Positions 35,552 through 44,346 of a DNA stretch of 64,000 nucleotides are shown piece by piece (the first letter of the stretch is position 1; each line of letters starts with the position of its first letter). The position numbers and the translations under genes were made by a program. The notes under the pieces were generated by a model, which worked only from the letters and a program-made list of their open reading frames with translations, was not told where the DNA came from and did not search any database. The DNA is taken from the NCBI GenBank assembly GCA_035934015.1, contig DASYYH010000007.1, positions 1,750-65,749 of the forward strand, given 5' to 3'. Origin of the DNA: Candidatus Acidiferrales bacterium. GTDB taxonomy: Bacteria > Acidobacteriota > Terriglobia > Acidiferrales > UBA7541.

Positions 35552-36224
35552 TCACCTGCCGGTGCTTTTATTTTGGTCTAAACCCACGGGCTTTGAAGAC
35601 AGCACAGCCTGCTCAATTTGGCCAATTTGTTCTGACTTGAGCACACCGGACCACACGCCATCGACTCTGCCGCCAGCATCTATGAGGATGGTTTGAGGCG
35701 TGTAGCGGAAACGATAGGACACGATACTATCAACGTCAGGAAGGAGCATTGTCCCAGTCCTTGTCAGGTCAACCAAGCCAAGGTATTGGCTGGATAGGCC
35801 GGCCTTTTCAAGGCTCACTCCTATAATGCGAGCACGCCGCAGGTCAATTTGTTCAAAAAGCTTCTGCCACATCGGCCAGTTTAGCGTACAGGCCGTGCAT
35901 GAACGGGCGAAGATGAAAAGCAGGGTTCTTGGCTGACCAAGCTGATACGTAACAGTAACGGTGTTTCCTAGGAAGCTGACGCCGGAAAGGGGGGGGAACG
36001 ATATCGCCAACATTCAAATGGAAGTTAGCTTCGTAGGTTCGGTTGAGGGTCGCCAGCGCACGGTTCCGCTTCACGAGGGCCACGTTTAATACCATGAGCG
36101 TGGCCGCCAAACCAACGAAGCTTGCAACGAGTGGTTTCGGAAGATTCACTGTCGCACCGCCAATTCGACCGGGCAGAAAATTAGGATATATGGTGTTTCT
36201 AAACGAATGATTGATATTTGTCAA
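35552..36224 (-). pseudogene. Membrane-anchored TlpA-like thiol:disulfide oxidoreductase, interrupted by a frameshift in a C8 tract
   Basis: ORF 36224-35853 encodes the TM anchor and ...NVGDIVPPPF. ORF 36013-35552 in another frame continues ...SGVSFLGNTVTV...FARSCTACTLNWPMW (thioredoxin fold, CxxC). The frames join across the homopolymer at 35989-35996, and one C fewer restores a single roughly 224-aa ORF. Confidence 0.7.
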
Positions 36225-36289
36225 GTAATTAATTATGTCTGGCTGTAAATACTCAGAAAGGAGATTGCGGAGCTAGGAATTTACGCATC

Positions 36290-37276
36290 CTAGCGAGGGG
36301 TCTTTCGAGTTGGAATTGGCGGGAGCTTTAAGCCGTCGAGGCGCAAGAAAAACGAACGCGCGCGAATGATGTCGCGCTGTATCTGCTCTCGCAGTGCTTC
36401 GGTCCCAGAGAATTTCTTTTCGTCGCGCAGCCGCCGCCAGAAGCGAATTTCGAGCGAGCCCGAAGTGACCTGCTTGGAAAAGTCGAAGAGATGGCTTTCG
36501 ATGCTCAGTTGTGTCCCGTCAAACGTTGGGCGCATACCCACATTCGTCGCTGCGCGATAAAGTTCCCCATCGACGATTGCTTCTGTTGCGTAAACACCGC
36601 GCGCGGGAAGCAGCTCTTGCGTGGTGGAAAGATTCAATGTCGGAAAAACGAAATGCCGGCCGGTGCCTGTTCCCGGCTTGATTTCGCCAGCCAGAAGAAA
36701 TGGGCGGCCCAGCAGTCGCGCACCCCAAGTCATCCTGCCGGCAGTCACCGCCGCACGCACAGCTGTGCTCGAAACGACCGTTCCCCGGACAACCACCGGT
36801 GCAATGCAGCCGACGTCAAAGTTCATTGCCGCCCCGAGTTTTCGGAGCAAATTCACGTCGCCTGCCTGTCGATGGCCAAAGCGGAAATTTTCGCCGACAA
36901 GGACGGCGCAGACGTGAAGGCAATCACCGAGGATTCGGTGCACAAATTCCTCGGGATTCGAAGACGCGAGCGCACTGTCAAAATGCAACACCAGCACCGC
37001 ATCCAATCCGAGGGCCTCAATGCGCGCCAGTCGTTGTTCAAGAGTTTCGATCATTTGCGGCGCCGCATCCGGACGTACGACGTGAAAAGGATGCGGATCG
37101 AACGTAAGCGCCGCAGCTACCGAATTTGTTCTGCGTGCACGTTCGACCACCGATCGAAGGATTTTTTGGTGTCCGAGATGGACGCCGTCAAAATTGCCGA
37201 TCGTGACCGCAGCGCGCATGTCGCAGCCGAAGCGCGCCGTCCATTCCTGCGGCGAATGCAGAATTTCGAGAGCCAT
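36290..37276 (-). CDS. ribF: Bifunctional riboflavin kinase / FMN adenylyltransferase
   Basis: GNFDGVHLGHQ, plus the C-terminal riboflavin-kinase segment (GTGRHFVFPTLNL...ATNVGMRPTF). Confidence 0.95.
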   Translation of the reverse strand: MALEILHSPQEWTARFGCDMRAAVTIGNFDGVHLGHQKILRSVVERARRTNSVAAALTFDPHPFHVVRPDAAPQMIETLEQRLARIEALGLDAVLVLHFDSALASSNPEEFVHRILGDCLHVCAVLVGENFRFGHRQAGDVNLLRKLGAAMNFDVGCIAPVVVRGTVVSSTAVRAAVTAGRMTWGARLLGRPFLLAGEIKPGTGTGRHFVFPTLNLSTTQELLPARGVYATEAIVDGELYRAATNVGMRPTFDGTQLSIESHLFDFSKQVTSGSLEIRFWRRLRDEKKFSGTEALREQIQRDIIRARSFFLRLDGLKLPPIPTRKTPR

Positions 37277-38103
37277 CAGAGATCGACCTCGAAGGAAAGG
37301 CCATCGTAGGAAAGCTGGACATTCTGCGGAAGCTTCGCATTCGTGGCTTCGTGGCCCAGATCATGGCAGATGTGCGTGAACCAGGCATGCCGCGGCGCGA
37401 GCTCGCGGACAATGGCCAGCGACTGATCGACAGTGGAATGCATAGGATGTGGCGTGTAGCGCAGGGCGTCGAGAATCAAATGGTCGAGGCCCCCCAGCAT
37501 TGGCCCGGAAGTTTCCGGGATGGAGCTGAAATCAGTCAGATAGGCAATTGTGCCGATGCGGAAACCAAGAACGGTTAATGGTCCGTGCCGAACCGGCACT
37601 GGCGTGATATGAGCGCCGAAAAGATTGAATGGTTCTTTGATGGCGTGGATCTCAATCTGCGGCACGGAACTCTCCGCCGTTTGCGGTTCGAAGATATAAG
37701 CAAAAGTTCTGCGAAGGATCGCAATGGTTTCATCCGAAGCGTAGACAGGAATCGCCGACCGCTGCTTCTGATTGAATGGACGGATGTCGTCGAGGCCGAG
37801 AATATGGTCGGCGTGGGCGTGAGTGTAAAGGATGGCATCGAGATGATCGATTTCTGAGCGCAGTGCTTGCAGACGAAAGTCCGGAGTCGTATCGATGACC
37901 ACGTTTCGGCCATTGTAGGAAAGCAGCACAGAGGGCCGGGTGCGTTGATCCCGTGGGTCGGCGGAACGGCACACGCTGCATCTGCACGCGAGGGTTGGCA
38001 CGCCCATCGAAGTGCCCGAGCCCAGGACTGTTACTTTCAATTTTCGTTTTCCGGGAATGTCGTTACTCACGGCAGGCATGGATCTAGCGTGGAGCTTTAC
38101 CAC
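37276..38103 (-). CDS. MBL-fold metallo-hydrolase (PhnP-like)
   Basis: VTVLGSGTSMGVP, CxCxxC, and YTHAHADHILG. An alternative ATG start is at 38079. Confidence 0.8.
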   Translation of the reverse strand: MVKLHARSMPAVSNDIPGKRKLKVTVLGSGTSMGVPTLACRCSVCRSADPRDQRTRPSVLLSYNGRNVVIDTTPDFRLQALRSEIDHLDAILYTHAHADHILGLDDIRPFNQKQRSAIPVYASDETIAILRRTFAYIFEPQTAESSVPQIEIHAIKEPFNLFGAHITPVPVRHGPLTVLGFRIGTIAYLTDFSSIPETSGPMLGGLDHLILDALRYTPHPMHSTVDQSLAIVRELAPRHAWFTHICHDLGHEATNAKLPQNVQLSYDGLSFEVDL

Positions 38104-38593
38104 CTTCGCGCATCGCTTTCGCCGCTGCTTTTGAGATTTCCATGTAAGAGAGTTTCAGACTTCCCAGCACTTCGGCGAGCAGCCCGTTTTCTTCCGGAGC
38201 GAGATTACCCTTGGTCTTCTCCCGCAGCGTGTCGAGCATGTCGATCATTTCGCGCGCGCCCTCTAGGTCCAGATAAGCCTGTCCTGTGGCAGGATCCGGA
38301 ATGCCTCCCATCAGTGCCGCAGCATTGCGTGCCAGGAGGTCGACGAGCAACTGAAAATTCTTATCCGGATGGATGGCGGACTTCTGCTCCTCAGCTGATT
38401 TTTCAGGAGCCGCCGGGGCAGCGGCAACTGCGGCCGCCTGACTTTTCTCTGCCTTCGCGGAGGGCTGCAGCTTTGGCGTTCTCGCTTCCTCGCGGCGCTG
38501 CTCTTCGACGACCTCGGGCCGCAGATCACCTTCCGACGTGAAGAGGCGCCGGTCTACGACGCGGAATGTGTCCTCTTGCTTCTTGTCAGCCAA
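38084..38593 (-). CDS. DUF1844-like protein
   Basis: TTG 38593 is preceded by SD aaggag (5-nt spacer). C-terminal LLARNAAALMGGIPDPATGQAYLDLEGAREMIDMLDTLREKTKGNL matches my recollection of the DUF1844 pattern. Confidence 0.6.
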   Translation of the reverse strand: MADKKQEDTFRVVDRRLFTSEGDLRPEVVEEQRREEARTPKLQPSAKAEKSQAAAVAAAPAAPEKSAEEQKSAIHPDKNFQLLVDLLARNAAALMGGIPDPATGQAYLDLEGAREMIDMLDTLREKTKGNLAPEENGLLAEVLGSLKLSYMEISKAAAKAMREGGKAPR

Positions 38594-38755
38594 ATTGGCT
38601 CCTTGCCGAACGCGGCCACAAATGAAAGCAGAACAAGATTTACAGTTTACCATTACCTCGCCGCAGGCGTCACGAGTGACTGTAATTTCTGGCTTGTCAG
38701 CCAATGCGCGCGTGCCGTAAAGTGTCGGGTTGCCCAAGCGAAAATCGAGTCACTG

Positions 38756-39676
38756 GTGCCAGCAAACCTACGAAAAAGCAAGAAACCAAACAAACGAATT
38801 GGCAGCAAAGGGCTGCGCCGAGCTCGCTCGAAGGTCAGTGTCGGAGAGTCCTTCGAAGCCCTGGCCGCCCTCCAGCATCGGCTACGTGCTCCCGGCGGTT
38901 GTCCATGGGATCGCGAGCAGACGCACCACAGCCTGAAGCCGTTTCTCATCGAGGAAGCGTACGAAGCTCTTGATGCCATGGAGATAGGGGAGTCGAAGAA
39001 GTTTGCAGAAGAACTTGGCGACTTGCTCTTGCAAGTCGTGTTTCATGCCGAGTTGGCGAAGGAGCAGGGACAGTTTGACATTGCGGACGTCATTCGCGCG
39101 GTGCACGAAAAGATGGTTCGACGGCATCCGCATGTCTTCGGCACCACGAAGGCAAGGACTTCCGCGCAAGTACTGAAGAATTGGGAACAGATCAAGGCGG
39201 AGGAGCGTGCGGCAAGGCCATCCAGTGGGAAAGTTGCTGCGGAATCTGTTTCGGCGCTATCGGCTCTGCCGCGGAATCTTCCAGCATTACTTGAAGGTTA
39301 CCAGATGACACGTCGTGCAGCGAATATTGGATTCGATTGGACGAATATGGAAGGAGTTATTGAGAAACTGAACGAGGAGATTTTAGAACTGCGGGAGGAG
39401 CTAGCGAAGAAAAACAGAGAACCGCACAATGAGAAATTTCAAGCAGAAGCTCAAGAAAAAGTTGAAGAAGAAATGGGCGATTTGCTTTTCGCGGCGGTTA
39501 ATGTAGCCAGATTTGCAGGCATCGATCCGGAGGTCGCACTGAAGCGTGCGAATCGGAAATTTATGCGGCGGTTTCAGTGGATGGAGCAGAAAGCAGAGAA
39601 GAAAAATGGTCGGCTCGCCGACGTTCCACGGGCTGACATGGAAGAGTTATGGAATCAGTCGAAGGTTCACGCGTAG
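38756..39676 (+). CDS. mazG: Nucleoside triphosphate pyrophosphohydrolase MazG
   Basis: GGCPWDREQTHHSLKPFLIEEAYE, and a second MazG repeat EEMGDLLFAAVNVARF. The start is uncertain (GTG 38756 chosen; the ORF is open from 38576). Confidence 0.8.
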   Translation: MPANLRKSKKPNKRIGSKGLRRARSKVSVGESFEALAALQHRLRAPGGCPWDREQTHHSLKPFLIEEAYEALDAMEIGESKKFAEELGDLLLQVVFHAELAKEQGQFDIADVIRAVHEKMVRRHPHVFGTTKARTSAQVLKNWEQIKAEERAARPSSGKVAAESVSALSALPRNLPALLEGYQMTRRAANIGFDWTNMEGVIEKLNEEILELREELAKKNREPHNEKFQAEAQEKVEEEMGDLLFAAVNVARFAGIDPEVALKRANRKFMRRFQWMEQKAEKKNGRLADVPRADMEELWNQSKVHA

Positions 39677-40446
39677 CGCCCGCCCCGATTACGGTCCGGC
39701 ACTGCGTGTCGCTCGCCGAATATGAAGAATGTGTGCGGCTCGAGCTTATCACTTGGGGTGAGGATCTTCTCGTTCCCTCTGGCTTGTTTGTTGTCGCGCG
39801 CGAGACCGGCGGCCAAACGCTTGGGGCCTTCGCGGGTGAGCAGATGATCGGATTCACGCTCGGTTTGGCAGGGATTCAGAATGATCGGCCGATCATTCAT
39901 TCGCATATGACCACGGTGCTCGCGGAATTTCGCGACCGCGGCATTGGCCGCATGTTAAAGCTCGCGCAGAGAAACGATGCGCTCGCAAGAGGCATCCATC
40001 TCGTCGAATGGACATTCGATCCGCTGGAACTGAAGAACTCACACTTCAATATCAACCGCCTGGGCGCAGTCGTGAAACGCTATATCCCGAATTGTTACGG
40101 CATCACGGAAAGCCCTTTGCATGCGGGATTGCCGACAGACAGGCTCATGGCCGAATGGCATCTGGATTCGCCTCGCGTCACGGACGTATTGCGAGGGAAA
40201 GCGCCCCAATATGGCAGGACCGCGGTGAGAATTTCCATTCCTTCTGACATTAGTCAGCGAAAGCAACGGGATGCAGCCGCAGGAGCCCAAGTTCAAGCGG
40301 CTATGCGCGAACAATTCCTAGAGAAAATGGCAAAAGGTTATATTGTTACGGGATTGGAAATCGGCCCCTCGGAAGCAGCCTACATCTTGGAAGATGGCGA
40401 GAGCATCGCCGCACAAATTGCAACGCAACAAACAGAACTGAGGTAA
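39649..40446 (+). CDS. GNAT-family acyltransferase
   Basis: Motif A FRDRGIGRMLK, and the conserved core WTFDPLELKNSHFNINRLG. It overlaps the mazG end by 28 nt. Confidence 0.7.
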   Translation: MESVEGSRVAPAPITVRHCVSLAEYEECVRLELITWGEDLLVPSGLFVVARETGGQTLGAFAGEQMIGFTLGLAGIQNDRPIIHSHMTTVLAEFRDRGIGRMLKLAQRNDALARGIHLVEWTFDPLELKNSHFNINRLGAVVKRYIPNCYGITESPLHAGLPTDRLMAEWHLDSPRVTDVLRGKAPQYGRTAVRISIPSDISQRKQRDAAAGAQVQAAMREQFLEKMAKGYIVTGLEIGPSEAAYILEDGESIAAQIATQQTELR

Positions 40447-40451
40447 AACAA

Positions 40452-41558
40452 ATGCGTATCGAAAAGGTGATCCTTCGTGAAATTCGCATGCCCCTGGTCA
40501 TGCGGTTCGAGACAAGTTTCGGGACGACAACGGATCGCCGAATCATGCTCGTCGAGGTTCAAGCGGAGGGCGTGACCGGCTGGGGAGAGTGCATCGCCGG
40601 CGAAGAACCTCACTATTCTCCGGAGACGATTGAAACTGCTTGGCTGATTCTCCGGGATTATTTGTGGCCTGAAATTCGAGGCAAAGCATTCGACTCAGCG
40701 CGAGATGTGTGGGGCATGCTTCGCCAGACGCGCGGTAACAACATGGCCAAGGGCGCACTGGAATCTGCGATTTGGGACGCTGAAGCCAAGCAGAAAGGAA
40801 TGCCACTTTGGAAGCTCTTGGGCGGCGTACGCGAAGAGATTTCCTCCGGCGTGTCCATTGGCATTCAACCGACTCTGGATGAGCTGATCGCGACGGTAGA
40901 GAAGGAATTGGCGGCTGGATACCAAAGAATCAAAATCAAGATCAAGCCCGGCCAGGATTTAAGGCCGGTGGAAGCCCTGCGCAAGCGCTGGCCACAGGTT
41001 CGTCTGATGGTGGACGCCAATTCTGCGTACTCTCTGGAAGACATCACATTTTTGAAGCAGCTTGACCCATTCGGCCTGATGATGATCGAGCAACCGCTCG
41101 GATGGGACGATATCTACAGCCATGCGAAACTCCAGAAACAAATTCAAACTCCCGTTTGCTTGGACGAATGCATCCATAGGTACGACCATGCCCTGGCTGC
41201 CATTGAACTGGGCGCTTGCAAGATCATTAATATGAAGATGGGCCGGGTGGGAGGACAGTTGCAGGCGCGCCGAATTCACGACCTGTGCCAGAAAAATGCG
41301 ATCCCCGTTTGGTGTGGCGGCATGCTGGAAAGTGGAGTCGGGCGCGCCCAGAACATTGCGCTCTCGACACTCGAAAATTTCACGCTTCCCGGTGACGTTG
41401 CCGCCAGTAAGCGCTACTGGGCGGAGGACATCATCGACCCAGAGGTGGAAGTTACGCCTAAAGGAACGATCAAAGCGCCATCCGGCCCTGGAATTGGATA
41501 TCAAGTAAAACTTGAACGCGTCGAAAAGCTGACTGTTCGCCGCGAAAATCTGGTTTAA
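40452..41558 (+). CDS. Enolase-superfamily o-succinylbenzoate synthase / N-succinylamino-acid racemase (MenC family)
   Basis: KxK motif YQRIKIKIKPG. Metal ligands in MVDANSAY, MIEQPL and CLDEC. Second catalytic Lys in IINMKMGRVGG. Confidence 0.85.
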   Translation: MRIEKVILREIRMPLVMRFETSFGTTTDRRIMLVEVQAEGVTGWGECIAGEEPHYSPETIETAWLILRDYLWPEIRGKAFDSARDVWGMLRQTRGNNMAKGALESAIWDAEAKQKGMPLWKLLGGVREEISSGVSIGIQPTLDELIATVEKELAAGYQRIKIKIKPGQDLRPVEALRKRWPQVRLMVDANSAYSLEDITFLKQLDPFGLMMIEQPLGWDDIYSHAKLQKQIQTPVCLDECIHRYDHALAAIELGACKIINMKMGRVGGQLQARRIHDLCQKNAIPVWCGGMLESGVGRAQNIALSTLENFTLPGDVAASKRYWAEDIIDPEVEVTPKGTIKAPSGPGIGYQVKLERVEKLTVRRENLV

Positions 41559-41559
41559 G

Positions 41560-42483
41560 TTGCTGGAACGCCTCCGCCATCCGTTTGTTTTCTACTCACT
41601 CATCCTGCTGATGGTGCTGAGCTGGTCATTTAATTTCGTCATTGGCAAAATCACGCTGCGCTATATCGACCCGTTCACCTTGACGTCCTTTCGCATCATC
41701 TTGTCCGCTCTGGCGATGCTGCCCGTTTACATCGCTATGCCGGAGCGCTCGCGCTTGAATCGAAAGGATCTTTGGAACTTCATCGTCTTGGGATTCTTCG
41801 GTATGCTCATCAATCGCGGCCTGTTTACCATTGGGCTGGATTACACAACAGCAGGTCATTCGGCCTTGATTGTTGCCGCAGGTCCAATCTTGATTCTGGT
41901 TCTAGCGCAAATGCACGGGTTGGAAGGGACCACATGGCAGAAGATTACGGGGATGACTCTCTGCGTCATCGGAGTGACGGTTCTCGTCGGTGGCGATGAT
42001 CTCCATCTCCACGGGAAGGCCTGGGCGGGAGACTTAATCACGCTTGGCGGGACGATTGGATTTGCGATCTATACGGTCCTCGCAAAGAAGGTTGCGCGCC
42101 AATACGATACGATTTCAATGAATACATTCTGTAATTTGGCGGGAGCGATTTTGGTGTTGCCTTTGGCTTTGCGTCAGAGTGTTCATCTCCAGTGGTCGTC
42201 GGTCGGCTGGGTGGGTTGGGCGGGCTTGGCCTACATGGTGCTGATTTCCTCGGTTGCCGCCTATTTAATCTATTTTTGGGCGCTGCGCTATGTGAACGCG
42301 ACGAGATTGGCGACGTTTACGTATATCGAGCCGCCTTTGGCAACCTTGTTGGGTGTGATTCTCCTTGGCGAGAAACTGACGAACCTGTTGCTTCTTGGAG
42401 GCGGGCTGATTCTTGCGGGTGTTTATCTCGCGGAGTTCGCCATGAGCAGCGCTGAAGCGCCCCCGGATACGGCCGGTGCATAA
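41560..42483 (+). CDS. DMT-superfamily (EamA) transporter
   Basis: Ten hydrophobic helices arranged as two EamA-like halves. TTG start 1 nt after the upstream stop. Confidence 0.8.
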   Translation: MLERLRHPFVFYSLILLMVLSWSFNFVIGKITLRYIDPFTLTSFRIILSALAMLPVYIAMPERSRLNRKDLWNFIVLGFFGMLINRGLFTIGLDYTTAGHSALIVAAGPILILVLAQMHGLEGTTWQKITGMTLCVIGVTVLVGGDDLHLHGKAWAGDLITLGGTIGFAIYTVLAKKVARQYDTISMNTFCNLAGAILVLPLALRQSVHLQWSSVGWVGWAGLAYMVLISSVAAYLIYFWALRYVNATRLATFTYIEPPLATLLGVILLGEKLTNLLLLGGGLILAGVYLAEFAMSSAEAPPDTAGA

Positions 42484-42550
42484 GAAGCGTTTGTTGACTC
42501 AGTCATTTGCGCGTGCTAGGTTCCCGCACGGCTAAAAGGAAACTTGCGAT

Positions 42551-43642
42551 ATGGGAGCAATCGAATCCAAGCGGATCGCTGTAATACCCGGCGACGGCAT
42601 CGGCGGGGAAGTGACTCCTCAGGCCGTGAAGGTGCTCGAAGCCGTGTGCTCAGCAGCGGGCAAGAAATTGGCCTTCACGCATTTTGACTGGGGTGCGGAT
42701 CGTTTTTTGCGCGACGGAACAACTCTGCCGAACGACGCGCCGCAAATGCTTCAGCGCGATTTTGACGCCATCCTGTTCGGTGCGATGGGTGACCCGCGCG
42801 TTCCGTCGAATCAACACGCGGCGGATATTCTGCTCGGTCTGCGCTTCAAGCTCGATTTGTACGTTAATGCGCGACCTTGCATGCTGATCGATAAGCGCCT
42901 GACCCCGCTGCGCGACCGCACCGAGCGTGATATTAATTTCATTGTGCTTCGGGAAAACACGGAGGGCGCCTATGCCGGCGTTGGTGGAAATTTCAAGCTA
43001 GGTACGCCGGATGAAGTTGCCGTCCAGGAAGATGTTAATACGCGCAAGGGCGTCGAACGCATCATTCGCTATGCATTCGAATACGCGCGCCGGAAGGGTT
43101 TGCGGCGCATTTGCATGAGCGATAAATCGAATGCCATGACTTTTGCGCATGGCTTGTGGCAGCGCGTCTGGGCTGAAGTACGCAAGGAATTTTCGGAGAT
43201 CGAATCGCGCCACTTGTACGTGGACACTCTGATGATGGAGATGGTCCGTGACCCCTCGCAATTCGATGTCATTGTCACCTGCAATATGTTTGGTGACATC
43301 GCCAGCGATTTGGGATCGCAATTATCCGGCGGTCTGGGGCTCGCTCCGTCGGGAAATATTCATCCGGGACGAGTTTCGCTCTTTGAGCCTGTGCATGGTT
43401 CCGCACCGAATATCGCGGGCAAGAATATTGCGAACCCGTTGGGTTCCGTCCTGACTGCGGCGATGATGCTCGAATATCTGGGCTGGCTGCGCGAGGCGAG
43501 TGCCGTCGATGAAGTGGTTCGTGCTGCTGTGCGCGAAGGAAAAACGACGCCGGATTTGGGCGGTTCGATGAGCACCCAAGCAGTGGGAGACTGGCTCGCC
43601 GACCGTATTGCAAAGCGCGGTCTCGCCGGAGCGGGCGCTTAG
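42551..43642 (+). CDS. Tartrate / D-malate / 3-isopropylmalate dehydrogenase-family enzyme
   Basis: IAVIPGDGIGGEV, VLRENTEGAY and NMFGDIASDLGSQLSGGLGLAPSGN. The 363-aa length and N-terminal layout resemble the tartrate dehydrogenase subgroup. Confidence 0.8.
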   Translation: MGAIESKRIAVIPGDGIGGEVTPQAVKVLEAVCSAAGKKLAFTHFDWGADRFLRDGTTLPNDAPQMLQRDFDAILFGAMGDPRVPSNQHAADILLGLRFKLDLYVNARPCMLIDKRLTPLRDRTERDINFIVLRENTEGAYAGVGGNFKLGTPDEVAVQEDVNTRKGVERIIRYAFEYARRKGLRRICMSDKSNAMTFAHGLWQRVWAEVRKEFSEIESRHLYVDTLMMEMVRDPSQFDVIVTCNMFGDIASDLGSQLSGGLGLAPSGNIHPGRVSLFEPVHGSAPNIAGKNIANPLGSVLTAAMMLEYLGWLREASAVDEVVRAAVREGKTTPDLGGSMSTQAVGDWLADRIAKRGLAGAGA

Positions 43643-44334
43643 GAAGGGTAGTAATCATAGTCCGGGCGGCGGCGCCGCATGCCGGAAACGAGTAACACCC
43701 CCAATAAAAACCCGCCCACGTGAGCCCACCAGGCAACGCCGCCCGAAGCTGCACTTCCGAGTGAACTGATTCCGCTGAGAAATTGAATCACGAACCACAA
43801 GCCTATAAACAGCACAGCAGGCAAGCGCGCAAAAAACCACCAAAAAAACAGCGTGACAAGCGTGAGAATCTTCGAGGAAGGGAAGAACACAATATAAGCG
43901 CCGAGAACTCCGGCTATAGCTCCGCTCGCGCCCAGTGACGGAATCGTTGATCCCAAACTGAATAATGTCTGCGCCGCTCCGGCCCCGAGTCCGCAGAGCA
44001 GGTAGAAACCAAGATAGGGCAAATGCCCCAGGCGATCCTCCACGTTTCCCCCGAAAAGCCACAGGAACCACATGTTTCCGATAATGTGCAGCCATCCCGC
44101 ATGCAGAAACATCGACGTGAAAAAAGGCAAAAAAGCCTGAGCCATTGTCACATGCGAGCCGGAAACCGCTAGTGGGATGCGCGCCGGAACCAGCGCATAC
44201 GCCATGACGAAAGATTGCAGCGCACGATCGGGGAGTGAAATTTGATAGAAGAAGACAAGGAAATTGGCGATAATGATCGCCAGAGTGACGGCTGGAAACG
44301 TCGCGCTCGAACGCAGATTTTTCAGTGGGATCAC
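43639..44334 (-). CDS. Rhomboid-family intramembrane serine protease
   Basis: HAGWLHIIGNMWFLWLFG, catalytic GASGAIAGVLGAY, and AHVGGFLLG. Confidence 0.9.
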   Translation of the reverse strand: MIPLKNLRSSATFPAVTLAIIIANFLVFFYQISLPDRALQSFVMAYALVPARIPLAVSGSHVTMAQAFLPFFTSMFLHAGWLHIIGNMWFLWLFGGNVEDRLGHLPYLGFYLLCGLGAGAAQTLFSLGSTIPSLGASGAIAGVLGAYIVFFPSSKILTLVTLFFWWFFARLPAVLFIGLWFVIQFLSGISSLGSAASGGVAWWAHVGGFLLGVLLVSGMRRRRPDYDYYPS

Positions 44335-44346
44335 GTTGTCCAGACC

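Noticed and set aside
38594-38737. Upstream extension of the DUF1844-like ORF containing CKSCSAFIC
   Set aside because: An SD-preceded TTG at 38593 gives a typical family N-terminus (ADKKQEDTFRVVDRRLF). The extension would remove the divergent promoter region shared with mazG.
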